Position numbers and translations under genes: made by a program
Origin: Phyllobates terribilis
Taxonomy: Eukaryota
Reading direction: 5' to 3'
NCBI RefSeq assembly: GCF_046119375.1
Contig: NW_027362768.1
Coordinates: 375,100,001-375,164,000, forward strand
Length of the DNA: 64,000 bases
Notes under the pieces: generated by a model
Database searches by the model: none
What the model saw: only the letters and a program-made list of their open reading frames with translations
Told to the model about the DNA's origin: nothing
Shown here: positions 25,401 through 36,600 of the stretch, piece by piece
How positions within the stretch are numbered: position 1 is the first letter of the stretch
How the letters are laid out: every line of letters starts with the position of its first letter

Positions 25401-28400
25401 TTTTAGAATTTACCAAATGGCTGCAATGAAACAAAGAGTGAAAATTTTAAAGGGGTCTGAATACTTTCCGTTCCCACTGTATCTATAATAAAATGTAACA
25501 TTTCATGATGGGGGTTGTAGTGCTGTATGCTTCTCATGATGGGGTTAAATGCACCAACTCTGCAGACAGTATCCCACATGATAAGATTAGATACACAGCC
25601 CATGTGATGAATATAATGAAGAGTTCATTCATCAGGCTACAGAACTTTCATTTTATCTCTTCAGGTACATGGGAAATGTGTCTGCCAACATAACACAGCG
25701 GGGGATCACTGTGAAAAGTGTGCCCCAATGTACAATGATGTCCCATGGAGGCCTGGAGATGGGAAAACTGGAGCCCCCAATGAGTGCAAACGTAAGTGTG
25801 AAGAAAACACACAGGACAGATGGATAGATGGATGGATACGAGATGGACGGATGGACGGACGGATATGAGATGGATGGATATGAGATGGACGGATGGATGG
25901 ACAGATATGAGATGGATGGATATGAGATGGACGGATGGACAGATATGAGATGGATGGACAGATATGAGAAGGATACAGAGGAGCTTTGATGTCTTGGATG
26001 CCGCTATGGTCACATCTCCAGTAATATCTCCTCTTGCTCTCCCGTCTCTACGTGTAGGGTGTCGTTGTCACAATCACGCTGTCAGCTGTCACTTTGATCC
26101 TGGCATCTGGCTGTCCTCTGGAAAGAAGAGCGGAGGAGTTTGTGAAAACTGCCAGCACAACACAGAAGGGCACCGCTGCCAGAGATGCAGGGCGGGCTAC
26201 TACCGGGACCCCACTGAGGCCATCAGCTCCCCCCTGGTGTGTAAAGGTAAGTCCAGAAGAAGAGACAAGCTCGGGCTACTTATGGGACACCTGAATCCAG
26301 AGCAATCCATGGTGGTGCCAATTGTTACCCCCATTTCTCTAGTGGGCGGACCCCCTCTACTAGGTAAGATGTGACACGGAGGTATCTATTGTAGCCAGCC
26401 CCTTTAAGATACGAGCTTGGCGAGCGTGCGCCTTCATGCATTAATAAGCAATTTGTCTCAACATCTTGTGCCAGTAAAAAAAAAAAGCCCATAAAATGCG
26501 CAAAACTTCCAGTTTAGATGCCACGTACCCAACGTATCAGACACAAAAGACAGGGGGATAAAAGGCGGCCGTCCGCCCGACACACACCTGCCCTTCAGCT
26601 ACAACATAACACCGGATTCCTGGGTTTTGATATAGTGTGATATGATTCATTTGGAGCTGGGATTTTCACTGAGAGCCGGGCATTACTCTTCACGGGGGCC
26701 GTAATGCCAGTCCATTGTTCGGTTAAGCCTCTGTCTCCTTCTGTGATACATCTGGGGCATTAGCAGTGCTCATTCAATTATATCTTGGCTCTTTTTTTTC
26801 CTAGTCCCATAATCCGGTGTGCCTGTGTATGCAAAGCACAGCTGTGAGCGGGCGAGGAGAAACCCGTTCTATTTAAATAGCTGAATTGTGTGCAACCAAC
26901 CTGATGCCGGGGTTCAGTTAAAGGGACGCAGCTTTAAATCTATCTCCTCTCTAACTGATGTGCAATGGAATGCAATCTGTTGTAAAATTATATAATTAGT
27001 GTAATACCGCTTCTATGTACAGGAGTATAACTACTACAATACTGCGCCTATGTACAAGAATATAACTACTATAATACTGCCCCTATGTACAAGAATATAA
27101 CTACTATAATACTCACTCCTATGTACAAGAATATAACTACTATAATACTGTCCCCTATGTACAAGAATATAACTACTACAATACTGCTCCTATGTACAAG
27201 AATATAACTACTATAATACTGCCCCCTATGTACAAGAATATAACTACTATAATACTCACTCCTATGTACAAGAATATAACTACTGTAATACTGCCTCCTA
27301 TGTACAAGAATATAACTACTATAATACTGCCCCCTATGTACAAGAATATAACTACTATAATACTCACTCCTATGTACAAGAATATAACTACTATAATACT
27401 GCTCCTATGTACAAGAATATAACTACTATAATACTACTCCTATGTACAAGAATATAACTACTATAATACTGCTCCCTATGTACAAGAATATAACTACTAT
27501 AATACTGCTCCTATATACAAGAATATAACTACTATAATACTGCCCCCTATGTACAAGAATATAACTACTATAATACTGCTCCTATATACAAGAATATAAC
27601 TACTATAATACTGCTCCTATGTACAAGAATATAACTACTATAATACTGCCCTGTTGTGTAACGATATGTATCATAACTCTCATCATCCTTATTACAGAAT
27701 GTCCCTGTAATGTTATCGGCTCTGTGAATGAAACGCTGAACAAAAGTTGGAAGTGTAACCCCAAAACTGGTTTCTGTTACTGTAAACCCGGTGTGGCCGG
27801 CCCACACTGCAATCACTGCTTGATGGGATACTGGGGATTTGGAGACAATGGCTGCCGACCATGTGACTGTGCGAGAGACTGTGACCCAGACACGGGGGAT
27901 TGTCGCAACAGGTATGTTTGTTTTTTTGTTTTTATTATTATTTGACAATATAAGTGACCTAACGATATTACAGATCCTCTGATGATGTCACCGATTGTTT
28001 TGCAGCAATGACAATGTGCATTATTTAAACATTCCTATTGGTGGACGGATTCCTGACATCATAGACACGCCGACCAATGACAGTGAAGATGACTGGAAGT
28101 GGACAAGTGAACAGGGCTTTTCAGCTCTGCGACATCCAGGTAACAGTCTAAGGCTCCAAGTTACAAAAGATCTTCTCTTAAGGCCACGGCCCCACTATCA
28201 GTATTTGGTCAGTATTCAGTCAGTATTTTTTCTCAGGAGTGGGAGACAAAACCAGGTGAGGAACAATCAGAGAAAAGGTATAATAGAAACAAGTCACCAA
28301 TTCTGCATTTATCATCCACTCCTGGTTTTGGCTCCCACTCCTGAGAAAAAATACTGACCAAATACTGATAGTGGGATCATGGCCTAAAGGGAAAGATCAC

Positions 28401-31400
28401 ATTGAAATAGCAGGGTATAAGTGTAGCTTCCACACCCAACCTGTCACACAGCTGTCCATCACTGCAAAGTGTCTGGTTCTTCAGTGATGCGTCCCATGCT
28501 GCAATAAAACGGCATAGATCTTCACTGTAGGTGTACTGTCACTTTAAAAGATGATGTTAAGTGGAAGTGGCTGCACTGTTTATACCATACTAAACTGCTA
28601 GACCCAGCACTGCAGCCATGCAGTTACTTGTAGTCCGCCACACCTGTCAGATCACAGATTGACCTTGTTAACCATGTGGCCGACATCTTGAGTTCTTTTT
28701 TTCATATACCTGGCGCGCGACGTGCGTCCTCCAGAGAAGTGTGTGTGCAAGGAGCGGATGCTGGGGAGCATAACGGATTTCTGCCAGATGAAATATGCGT
28801 ACGGTAAGTGGGAGATCGGATGTCACCGCGCTCTCCAGATCCTAACGATAGTAAAATAACATCTTGTACTTGATAAATCCTCAGCATATCTGACCCGAGA
28901 ACATTAAAATGCCATATTTGATTAACCAGGAATATGGAAACTTTATCAACATCTCATTCATTGTCTTATACTCCATTCACACTCAAAGCTGTATTCACAA
29001 TTCTGCAAGGTAACATTTCTTCACTACACAATGAAGCATGTGCCCTAACAGCAGAGGCCTAATTGTGTATCTGTCACTTGACCTACCACTCTCTGGTAAC
29101 CAGCAGAATTCTGAATGCAGCTTTGGATGTGAGTAGAGACGAAAATACCATGTAAGTTTCAAAGCATTTAGATTTTTTTTTTGTTTTATTTGGCAGTCAT
29201 AAAAGCAAGGATTTTGTCGGCACATGATAAAGGAACTCATGCAGAAGTGGTGGTGAAAGTGAAAAAAATCCTCAAATCTGGGAAAGTGAAAATTGGTCGG
29301 AACAACCGGAGCATCTATCCTGAATCATGGACCAATCGTGGCTGCACATGCCCCATCCTTAACCCAGGTAGCATCAACATATTAGAAACGGTGACAAATT
29401 TTAAATCTAGAATCCTGCAGCCACCACTAGGGGGAGCTCCCTGTATACAGAGATACATAAGATTCTGTTTGCGTCCACCACTAGGGGGAGCTCTCTGTAT
29501 ACAAAGATATATGATAAGATTCTGTCTGCAGCATCCACTAGGGGGAGCTCTCTGTATACAAAGATATATAAGATTCTGTCTGCAGCATCCACTAGGGGGA
29601 GCTCCCTGTATACAGAGATACATGATATGATTCTGTCTGCAGCCACCACTAGGGGAGTTCCCTGTATACAGAGATACAGGATAATATTCTGTCTGCAGCC
29701 ACCACTAGGGGGAGCTCCATATATATACAGAGATACATGATCAGATCCTGCCTGCAGCCACCACTAGGGGGAGCTCCCTGTATACAGAGATACATGATAA
29801 GATTCTGTCTGCAGCCACCACTAGGGGGAGCTCCCTGTATACAGAGATACATGATCAGATCCTGCCTGCAGCCACCACTAGGGAGTGTACTTGCCCTGGT
29901 GGTGGGCACAGACAAAACAATTATATCTTGTAACTATGTACATGCAGAGGATTTGGAGCTTTGTTCCAGAAAAACCCTGACTGATATAATGATTTATGAA
30001 GAAATGAATCAGTGGAGAATTTTGGATCTATTCAGTTGATGAAACTGCAGGTAAAATGAAAGTTTTCCAACCTCAAAAAATGAGGGAGAAGCACAATGAA
30101 GACCTGACAGAACACAGAGGGCTTCCTATGAGCTCATACAAAAGCTTCAAAGGATGTAGAATCTGGTGGGCGCAGGGTCGTGCCACGCACAGTGCCACAG
30201 TCTCATCCAGTACTTAAAGGGTCAAGACTGGCAGTAAATGGCAGCACCTCATCCTCTCCCAGAAATCGCTAATGGGCACAGTGCCCTTTCTGTTCGGGAC
30301 ACAAGTTCAGCGGCTTCTGTCTCTTCTCCAAAAGTCTCATTCCACAAGTTGAACGGAATGAATCGAGTGGTTCATGTGCAGTTTTCGGACAGGGCCGCTC
30401 TCGGAGAAGCGGAGGTGGCAGACGCTGGGCATCGTACGCCTAATCCTGATGCCAGATAGGGAGTGTCCTGGATATCTACTAATACACTTTGGGGAATAAT
30501 GAATTGTTAGTTTGTGAGAAGAGCGTTGAGGCTGGAGATACTACGGACTTCATCTCTTGGAGAACCCACAATGTCTGTACATTAAGTGAATAGCTCTTAT
30601 AGTTCAATGGGCACACGTAATGCCCCATTTTCTCTGTTGGTGGCGCTGCTGGGAAATGAATCACTTGCTGCTGGTTCCTTCCCAGATCTCATCTGATGGC
30701 TGCGGATTATCCCTGTAATTATCCTATATTGGGGGAGGGCTTCTAAAATGGAGGGATTGTCTGACGCAGAATCTGCGCATTCTGTAATTAATATGGAAGA
30801 TATTTATCAAAACTAATCGAAATGTGAAAAATGGGATTTTCTTATATTAACCGATCTGCTTGCTTCTTTAATTTTCACATATAAACCTGCAAAATTAGCT
30901 ATGGAATCTGATGGTTGTCATTATAGTCACCGCTTCACTTTTACTTTGCAGCATCAGCCGTAAACTTCTTCCTTCTTACTTAAGATCTCTGCTTGCGGTC
31001 GCTGAATGAGGATATTCTTCTTAACGACTACAGATCAGATTACTTATTTATTATGCATTGCTTATATAGCGCTATCATATTCCGCAGCGCTTTACATACA
31101 TAATTATTATTGCTGTCACCATTGGGGCTCACAATCTAAATTCCCTATCAGTATGTCTTTGGAGTGTGGGAGGAAACCGGAGAACCCGGAAAGAAACCCA
31201 CAAAAACACGGGGAGAACATACAAACTCCTTGCAGCTGTTGTCCTTGGTGGGATTTGAACCCAGATTTTGAATACAGGGAAACCCTGATCCAGTGTGTGC
31301 TATCTTTCAGGTGTCGACTACCTAATAGCCGGACCTGAGGACCCCCGGAGTAACAAGCTGCTAGTCAATATGAACAGCCTGGTGAAGCCCTGGAAGGCCG

Positions 31401-31447
31401 CCTGGGCCAAGCAGGCCATCGACTTCCTCCGCTCTGGATGTAAATAG
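7425..31447 (+). CDS. Netrin-4-like secreted laminin-related protein (LN + LE repeats + NTR/C345C), 633 aa, 10 coding exons
   Basis: join(7425-7485,13035-13567,20182-20448,25665-25791,26058-26246,27698-27911,28006-28139,28735-28803,29197-29367,31311-31447) = 1902 nt. All junctions are GT-AG and phases agree. NTN4-type motifs: [92 protein letters not shown]. Exon 1 ([20 protein letters not shown], signal-peptide-like, phase 1) is the least certain exon. Confidence 0.92.
8246..9315 (+). repeat. 86-bp satellite array A (netrin-like intron 1), interrupted by a MITE
   Basis: Unit caggatcagtaatgtaatgtatgtacacagtgactgcaccagcagaatagtgagtgcagctctggagtataatacaggatgtaact. Some units carry an extra 11 bp (gtacaggatca). 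Confidence 0.95.
8621..8824. mobile_element. PIF/Harbinger-type MITE inserted in satellite A
   Basis: TIR ggccacggccccactatcagtat ... atactgatagtggggctgtggcc, with TTA on both flanks (3-bp TWA target duplication). Confidence 0.85.
9588..9754. mobile_element. Short MITE-like dispersed repeat (related copies ~15580-15738 inverted and ~22390-22565)
   Basis: TIR caggagcggaca ... tgtccgctcctg. Core gggcccata.actg.tcttgcacagggg is shared. No target duplication recognised. Confidence 0.55.
12029..12509. mobile_element. PIF/Harbinger-type MITE
   Basis: taa|gggctcatactc ... gggtacggagccc|taa; TAA on both sides. Confidence 0.7.
13661..15536. repeat. 28-bp minisatellite array (~1.9 kb), netrin-like intron 2
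   Basis: Unit ctcggggtacaggataatgacactgaca, with 22-bp deletion variants. Source of the [10 protein letters not shown]-type spurious ORFs. Confidence 0.95.
16005..16864. mobile_element. Non-autonomous Harbinger-like element (~860 bp)
   Basis: TIR ggctgtgtgcccacga ... tcgtgggcacatagcc (1 mismatch), preceded by TAA. Related termini at 19145-19487 and ~2140-2150. Confidence 0.7.
17011..18232 (-). repeat. 57-bp minisatellite array 1 (~21 units), with a CTCF-like motif on the - strand
   Basis: + strand unit ctgcagacagaatcttatcatgtatctctgtatacagggagctccccctagtggtgg. The 19-aa periodicity of the overlapping ORFs confirms the 57-bp period. Confidence 0.95.
19145..19830. mobile_element. Train of three abutting Harbinger-type MITEs (19145-19487, 19491-19682, 19686-19830)
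   Basis: Elements are separated by single TTA (19488-90) and TAA (19683-85) triplets. The middle one belongs to the 8621 family. Confidence 0.7.
20014..20085. repeat. 18-bp tandem repeat x4 (ctgcagctctggaggtga)
   Basis: Four perfect units ending ~95 bp upstream of netrin-like exon 3. Confidence 0.9.
20817..21605. mobile_element. Two abutting Harbinger-type MITEs (20817-21318 and 21322-21605)
   Basis: ggctatgttcacacgttg ... caacgtttgaacaaagcc|taa|gactatatgcacac ... gtgtgcacacggcc. Confidence 0.65.
23860..25479 (-). mobile_element. Full-length (1620 bp) defective Tc1 DD34E transposon, IR/DR type, in netrin-like intron 3
   Basis: TA duplication at 23858-59 and 25480-81. ~210-bp TIRs beginning cagtggg(t/a)acggaaagtattcagaccc, with the inner direct repeat taagt(a/c)ttcagaccc. 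The transposase is broken into three ORF pieces. Confidence 0.95.
24065..25090 (-). pseudogene. Disrupted Tc1 transposase (DD34E)
   Basis: HTH region KELRDRIV...GYKRIS...PRPVRPAKL. First catalytic D reads G (WSGETK). QQDNDPKH...SPDLNPIE has 34 residues between D and E. Reading frame interrupted near 24797 and 24470. Confidence 0.9.
25817..25977. repeat. Compound (GGAT/GGAC/GATATGA) microsatellite, netrin-like intron 4
   Basis: Direct reading of the sequence. Confidence 0.85.
27013..27650. repeat. ~35-bp minisatellite (~18 units), netrin-like intron 5
   Basis: Unit ctatgtacaagaatataactactataatactgc(t/c)c; gives the [12 protein letters not shown] spurious ORFs. Confidence 0.95.
28182..28384. 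mobile_element. PIF/Harbinger-type MITE (8621 family, inverted orientation)
   Basis: taa|ggccacggccccactatcag ... ctgatagtgggatcatggcc|taa; TAA target duplication. Confidence 0.85.
29415..29884 (+). repeat. 57-bp minisatellite array 2 (~8 units), opposite orientation to array 1
   Basis: Unit ctgcagccaccactagggggagctccctgtatacagagatacatgataagattctgt; starts 48 nt after the exon 9 donor. Confidence 0.93.
31061..31263 (-). mobile_element. tRNA-derived SINE fragment with an L2-like 3' tail
   Basis: On -: gggttcaaatccc (B-box), the conserved ggagtttgtatgttctccccgtg core, and a tail gtaaagcgctgcggaatatgatagcgctatataa. Near-identical to 51808-52032. Confidence 0.75.
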
Positions 31448-32081
31448 ATCTCGGAGGACTTGATCCTTTTTCTTCTCTCTGGCAGTAGCGTAGATCTCCC
31501 TCCGTGCACAAGGAACTTCTAGGCCGCGCTTCCTCCTCCGGATAGACGATCACAGGCTCCAGTGCTGCGAGCGGCTGCTTGTAACCCACGTGCCGGCTGT
31601 GGACGGATACTCTATTACCAGGGAGTGCGCTGGATGTGGAGATCATGGAGACTGTACAATGGGCCACCGAGAAACCAGAAGGCAACCAAAGACCGCCGTG
31701 GTCCGTGGTCATTATAGAGTGCAGCGGAAACATAAGAGGGGCTGATATCAGTCACATATGGATGTAAATATCTCAGCTCTGGAGCTGGTGATCATGGGGG
31801 CAGGGCGGTGTCTCCTGAACATTATAGTCCACCTCTGCCCAACGTGAAATGGCTGATAACAGAGAGCAATAGATGCATTCTGCTGCACAGTAAATGGGTT
31901 GGGGGCAGACTGGTGTTCACGGTTGTTGGTACCCTGCTATAATTATGTGGACCTGATTCTGTCTGATGTGTCAAGGGCAGCCAATCAAAATTCCCCATCC
32001 CTTAAGATTTTCTCACTATATCTGATGTATTCTGGCTCTTCCAACCTTAGGATCTGTGCTCAGGTTACTCCTCCTATAAAT

Positions 32082-32087
32082 AATAAA
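32082..32087 (+). terminator. Candidate polyadenylation signal of the netrin-like gene
   Basis: AATAAA followed by a GT/T-rich stretch (gggtttttttgtg), ~635 nt after the stop codon. Confidence 0.45.
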
Positions 32088-32244
32088 TAGGCTTCAGGGT
32101 TTTTTTGTGCACCCGATGGCGGTATCCACGAAACACGGCTAAAACTCGCTTCTTTTGTACCTAACTGTAAATTAAAGTTATTTAAACATTTCTGACTGAA
32201 GGAGAGTGATTACCAAGTCACGAGCCCCAAATCAGCTGAGGCTG

Positions 32245-32480
32245 CTCAGCCGGTGTATCTAATCCTACAGTGTGTGATGCAGTATCTCAGCAGACAGGAT
32301 TAGATACTACTGTTATCCTGTCTGCTGAGCGGTGTATCTAATCCTACTACATTTGATCCTGTCTGCTGAGATGAAGTATCTAATCCTACATGTGATACTT
32401 TTTGCGGAGCTGTAAATCTATTTTATGCGAGGCACTGTCTGCTGAGATGCAGTATCTAATCCTATCATGTGTGATACAGT
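32245..32480. repeat. Degenerate tandem repeat (ctgtctgctgag..gtatctaatccta units)
   Basis: About 5 diverged units carrying gtatctaatccta. Confidence 0.55.
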
Positions 32481-33681
32481 CGAGAAGACCCCAATAATCC
32501 CCCCCCTCCCTTCTATTATGTAATGTTACTGGATTACACGAACACTGCAGATTAAATCTACATGAAATGTTGAATTTTGTAATCCTGAATTACATTTTAT
32601 TTTATGCATAGTTAATCTTCAGAGCTGTATTCCTAATTCTGCTTCACAGCCAAGACTCCAGGTTTATGTAATAAATCTAACAAACCGTTAGGACAGGAGA
32701 GAAATTTGAGCAGTTAATGTATTTATCTCACAGAGGTAGATACGACTGTAACAGACCCTCAGCTGTGAGACATTTTAGGTCAGGATGGATTTTTAGCCTC
32801 TAATTGTAAACCTGAATGTTCCCATTCACTGACAGCAAGCAGAAGTTTACAAACGGTGAGGAATTTGAACACAATATATAAGTCACAAATATGATTACTC
32901 ATCGGACCCGAGCCAAGTATCAGCCTCCACGGCCTGACAACTCCTGAAGTGTTCATAGCAATGGTCACTACCCTGTGGTTCTCCAGTGGCTGGAAAGCGA
33001 CAACTCCCAGCATGTTAGGATGGTCATAGGCTGAGAGGACATAATGGGTGTTGTAGTTTGACTACTGGACTCCACTGCAAAAACTATATATAATCTGAAA
33101 AAAAAAAAAAAATCACCGAGGAATCTTGTAAGGTAGAAAGAGATTTAATACGTTTAAGTCAAAAACGCTGCACGTGATCCACAGATACGGAGCCTGGTAT
33201 ATTCAGTGCAGTCAGGAGAGGCGGCAGCGGTGGGTGTCAGGATTGAGGCACAGGTGGGTGCTGTCTGCTCCTCCACAGATCTTCTTTATGTCCATACCCA
33301 ATGAAAAGACAGCGAGGAGCGAACCAGAATCATGGAAAATAACAAGAAACCCACAGCTAAGCCCCCAATCGTCCCCCTCAAATAGTTCTATCCAGATCTG
33401 GAAAAGCTGGGTCGCCACCAATATGGCCGCTGTTCCTGCTCTGACAGCTGTAAAGACCAAATGGGCTGAATCCCAGCTTTCCCAGAATCAGATATTGCAA
33501 TAATTGGTTACATTATGTCTTTTTCCTTAGAGGGGAGGCGTTCTTCGCGTTGATCTCCAGCTGTAGGTGACCTCCTGCATCATGCTCCGGTAGGGCCCTA
33601 CATAACACAGTGGAGGGGTAGCTCATGGTCCATACAACAGTGGGAGGTAAAATCTTGGAGGCGGCGCCCCCTTCCTTTACA

Positions 33682-36600
33682 TTAGCTGGACGACTCCTCT
33701 ACCGGCACAGGGGAGGCCTCTGTAGGTGCCGGTTCTGGGCTCAGCTTGTCTTTGTTGTCCTCTTCGTCGTCCTCCTGGGGGTAGAGGTCGGGGTACTTCT
33801 GCATACACTCCTGCATCCCTCGGAATTGGTCCAGGCAGTCTGAGCCCTTCACCTCCTCCTGGCTGTAATGGAAGCAGGAGAAGGCCGCTTTGAATTGCTC
33901 CCCGCAGGGTCCGCTGGCCATTCCCCCCAGGCATGGACAATTCCAATTAATGTCTCCATTGGGGAGAATCAAACCTGGAAAAAAAAAAAAAAAAAGACAA
34001 ATAATTTCAGAGACGGTAATGTATCACTACTAATCCCCCATCCTCCTAATTGTGGTAGAGCCAAACTGCAGATTTGGGGGTCGCTCCTACACCCTTGTTG
34101 GTTCCTGTAACTGCACATTTGCTCTCTCTGCACCGGCTCAGTGGGCGTGTCCTCCTGGTATGATGTCACAGCTGAGCTCTATCCAATCAAATGTCTCCTC
34201 ACTGCACATATCTCAGAGAAGAACTGCAGCTGCATCTCCCTCCCCCCCCCCCCCTAGAAACCTACACTTCTGCCAGAAGAGGACAATGCAAGAACTCCTT
34301 AAAAAAATTAAGTTTTGTCACTCTGTAAAGTGATGGTATATCCCATTTCTTCATGATCAGTGGGTGTCTGACCTTTGGGACCCCCACAATCCCGAGAACA
34401 AAAAGGTCCAGCAGCAATAGTTTAGTTACATCTCATTTAATGTTTTTTTTTCCAGCACAGTGGATTGATCATAAAAAGCATATGCCAGCAAAATACCATC
34501 ATGCTATGAAATGGGAATACCCCTTTAACTTGGCAGACACCGTTGTGTCAGTATAAACTGCGCATTTGGATGATAATAAGCAGCTGCGCACACATGATAC
34601 ACTGTGGTGTCAACCCTGTCTGGGCATCGCCCCCCCCCCCCTCCCCCCCCATGTTATCCATCCCCTGGACTGGTGGCTGGGGTGCCCTGGAGTAATTACC
34701 GCTGACCTGCGGTTAGAGTTGCTAGTGACATAATGAGCTGTACACACACACAAAGCTCTCTGTAATGCCAAGCCATGTTTCCAATCTTTCCGGGGTTGGT
34801 GGCAGCTTTGGACAATATCACCCACCCGGCAGACCCCCCTCCCTTTAGTGCGAGTGACAGGCAGGATGAATCCGACTATTCATGTCTTGCTGCCAGCTGC
34901 AGACCGCCTGCTACACCAGTCCTTTCAGGAGCAATCAGCCAATGACGGATGGCATTAACCCTTCAAAACCCGACCGTCACCCTCAGGAGCGAGACCCTGA
35001 GACAATGGATTGTGTCGGATGAGGTTACCAGACAGGAAAAATTTTTTAGAAAAAGGCCAAAACATATATATACAATAACTACATTTTTTTTTGCTTACAT
35101 GCATTTTATTTTACTGTGGTCCAAAGCTAAAGTTAAGTTTTTGTGGTGCACTAATTTTCAGGCAATCCATCCCCCAGCTGGAATCACCAGGCTCCTGTCC
35201 CTATAATGCTGCCGCTGGCAGAGTCATCAGAGGCTGCACGTGCACCAAGTAGTCAGTGGTCTCCATCCATTGTGACACTACAAGTCCAAGCATTCAATAA
35301 TCAGTTCAAGATGGACTTGTAGTTTCTGGCCGGCATACAATGCCTGACATGGCAGTCTTCTGTGACCCTTTAGCCTATAACGGTAAGTCCGGCCTAAGGT
35401 GTGAAACTCGCAGCTTTGATGCAGAATCCGGCCTTGTCGTTCTCCATCCTGCGTGCCTAGCCCGGCCCCCTTTATTGAACACGTACAGATAATCCAAGGG
35501 TACGCGCTTCCTGTACCAGGACATGCTTAGAGACATCTGCTGACTCTGCACCATGGGATAATCTGGTTTTTGGATCAGGGTACATTTTAAACTTAACTCT
35601 TTGTGGCATATCAAAAAAAATAAATTATGATTTTCATCTTTCTTTTTTTCCATTTTACTCAGTCTGGAGACAAAAACGTCCAGCGAGTCATTTTAAGCAG
35701 GTCACTGGTGCCAAGTCTGTCGAGGGGGAAATATGTGGTTCTGCGATTCACATTATCCTTTGGGAGGAATTGTGTAAGTGTGAGTGACTAAATACTGCCC
35801 TCTGGAGGCAGGAGATGGAACTGCACCTATATACAAGGGACTACTAGTTCACTTTTTCACAAGATCCAATAGTCGCTATGATAACCAGAAATGTTGTGTC
35901 TCAGCTGCAAATTACTATCCATTAATTTCAAACGGGAGATTCTTCATAGGGCAGAGAGAAGCCGCTAAATGATGGACTGTGGGGATAGCCTGGAAACTGG
36001 CAGGAGTCTGCGCCGTGGGCTTCTCCAACTCAAGGCACCACTTCCACTACAATAGTCACTTTACTATTTGAGCTTTGGTAAAGTTAGAAATAAGAGCTTC
36101 CACCTTTTATGTGTGTCTCCATGATTACAGATAACAAACAAACCCTGTGACCCAATAGTTCTCATAGCAGAAAATCTGTTGCATCCATTCTATAGAATCC
36201 TCTGTCAGTTAAACAGCCTCCAAACCGATAATTTGTTACACTGTATCAGTGCAGGTAAAATTTATAAGGACAGGAGAAACATTTGTGCTGCTGATACATT
36301 TAGCTCAGAGGATTGTCTATGTTAACTGCAATTGTTACAAAAACTCAGCAGTAAGAAGGTTTTAATCATCTAGATGCAAACAACATTCCCATTCACTGAC
36401 AGCAAGCAGAAACCTTGAAAATTGTGAGAAACTGAAAACCAAAAAATATTATAAATTTGTGAAACTTAATTTTTCAATGAGTAAAAGAGTTCTCCAGCTA
36501 TTCATTTCTGCATCAATGGGGAAGAGGCGCTGATAATTTTGCATCATCAGGTACCGGCCAGAGTTCATACACGACTGTCAGGTGTCACGCATCTGTCCTG

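Noticed and set aside
31240-31263. tRNA-like B-box (also at ~52000)
   Set aside because: Part of a truncated SINE; no cloverleaf or A-box.
7425-31447. Calling the netrin gene NTN4, NTN1 or a laminin beta chain
   Set aside because: The NTR C-terminus and beta-type LN domain exclude laminin and NTN1/3. Synteny and divergence argue against simple NTN4 orthology, so no symbol was assigned.
31365-31733. 122-aa - strand ORF and CpG-rich stretch after the netrin-like stop
   Set aside because: No recognisable motifs or supporting splice structure; best explained as 3' UTR.
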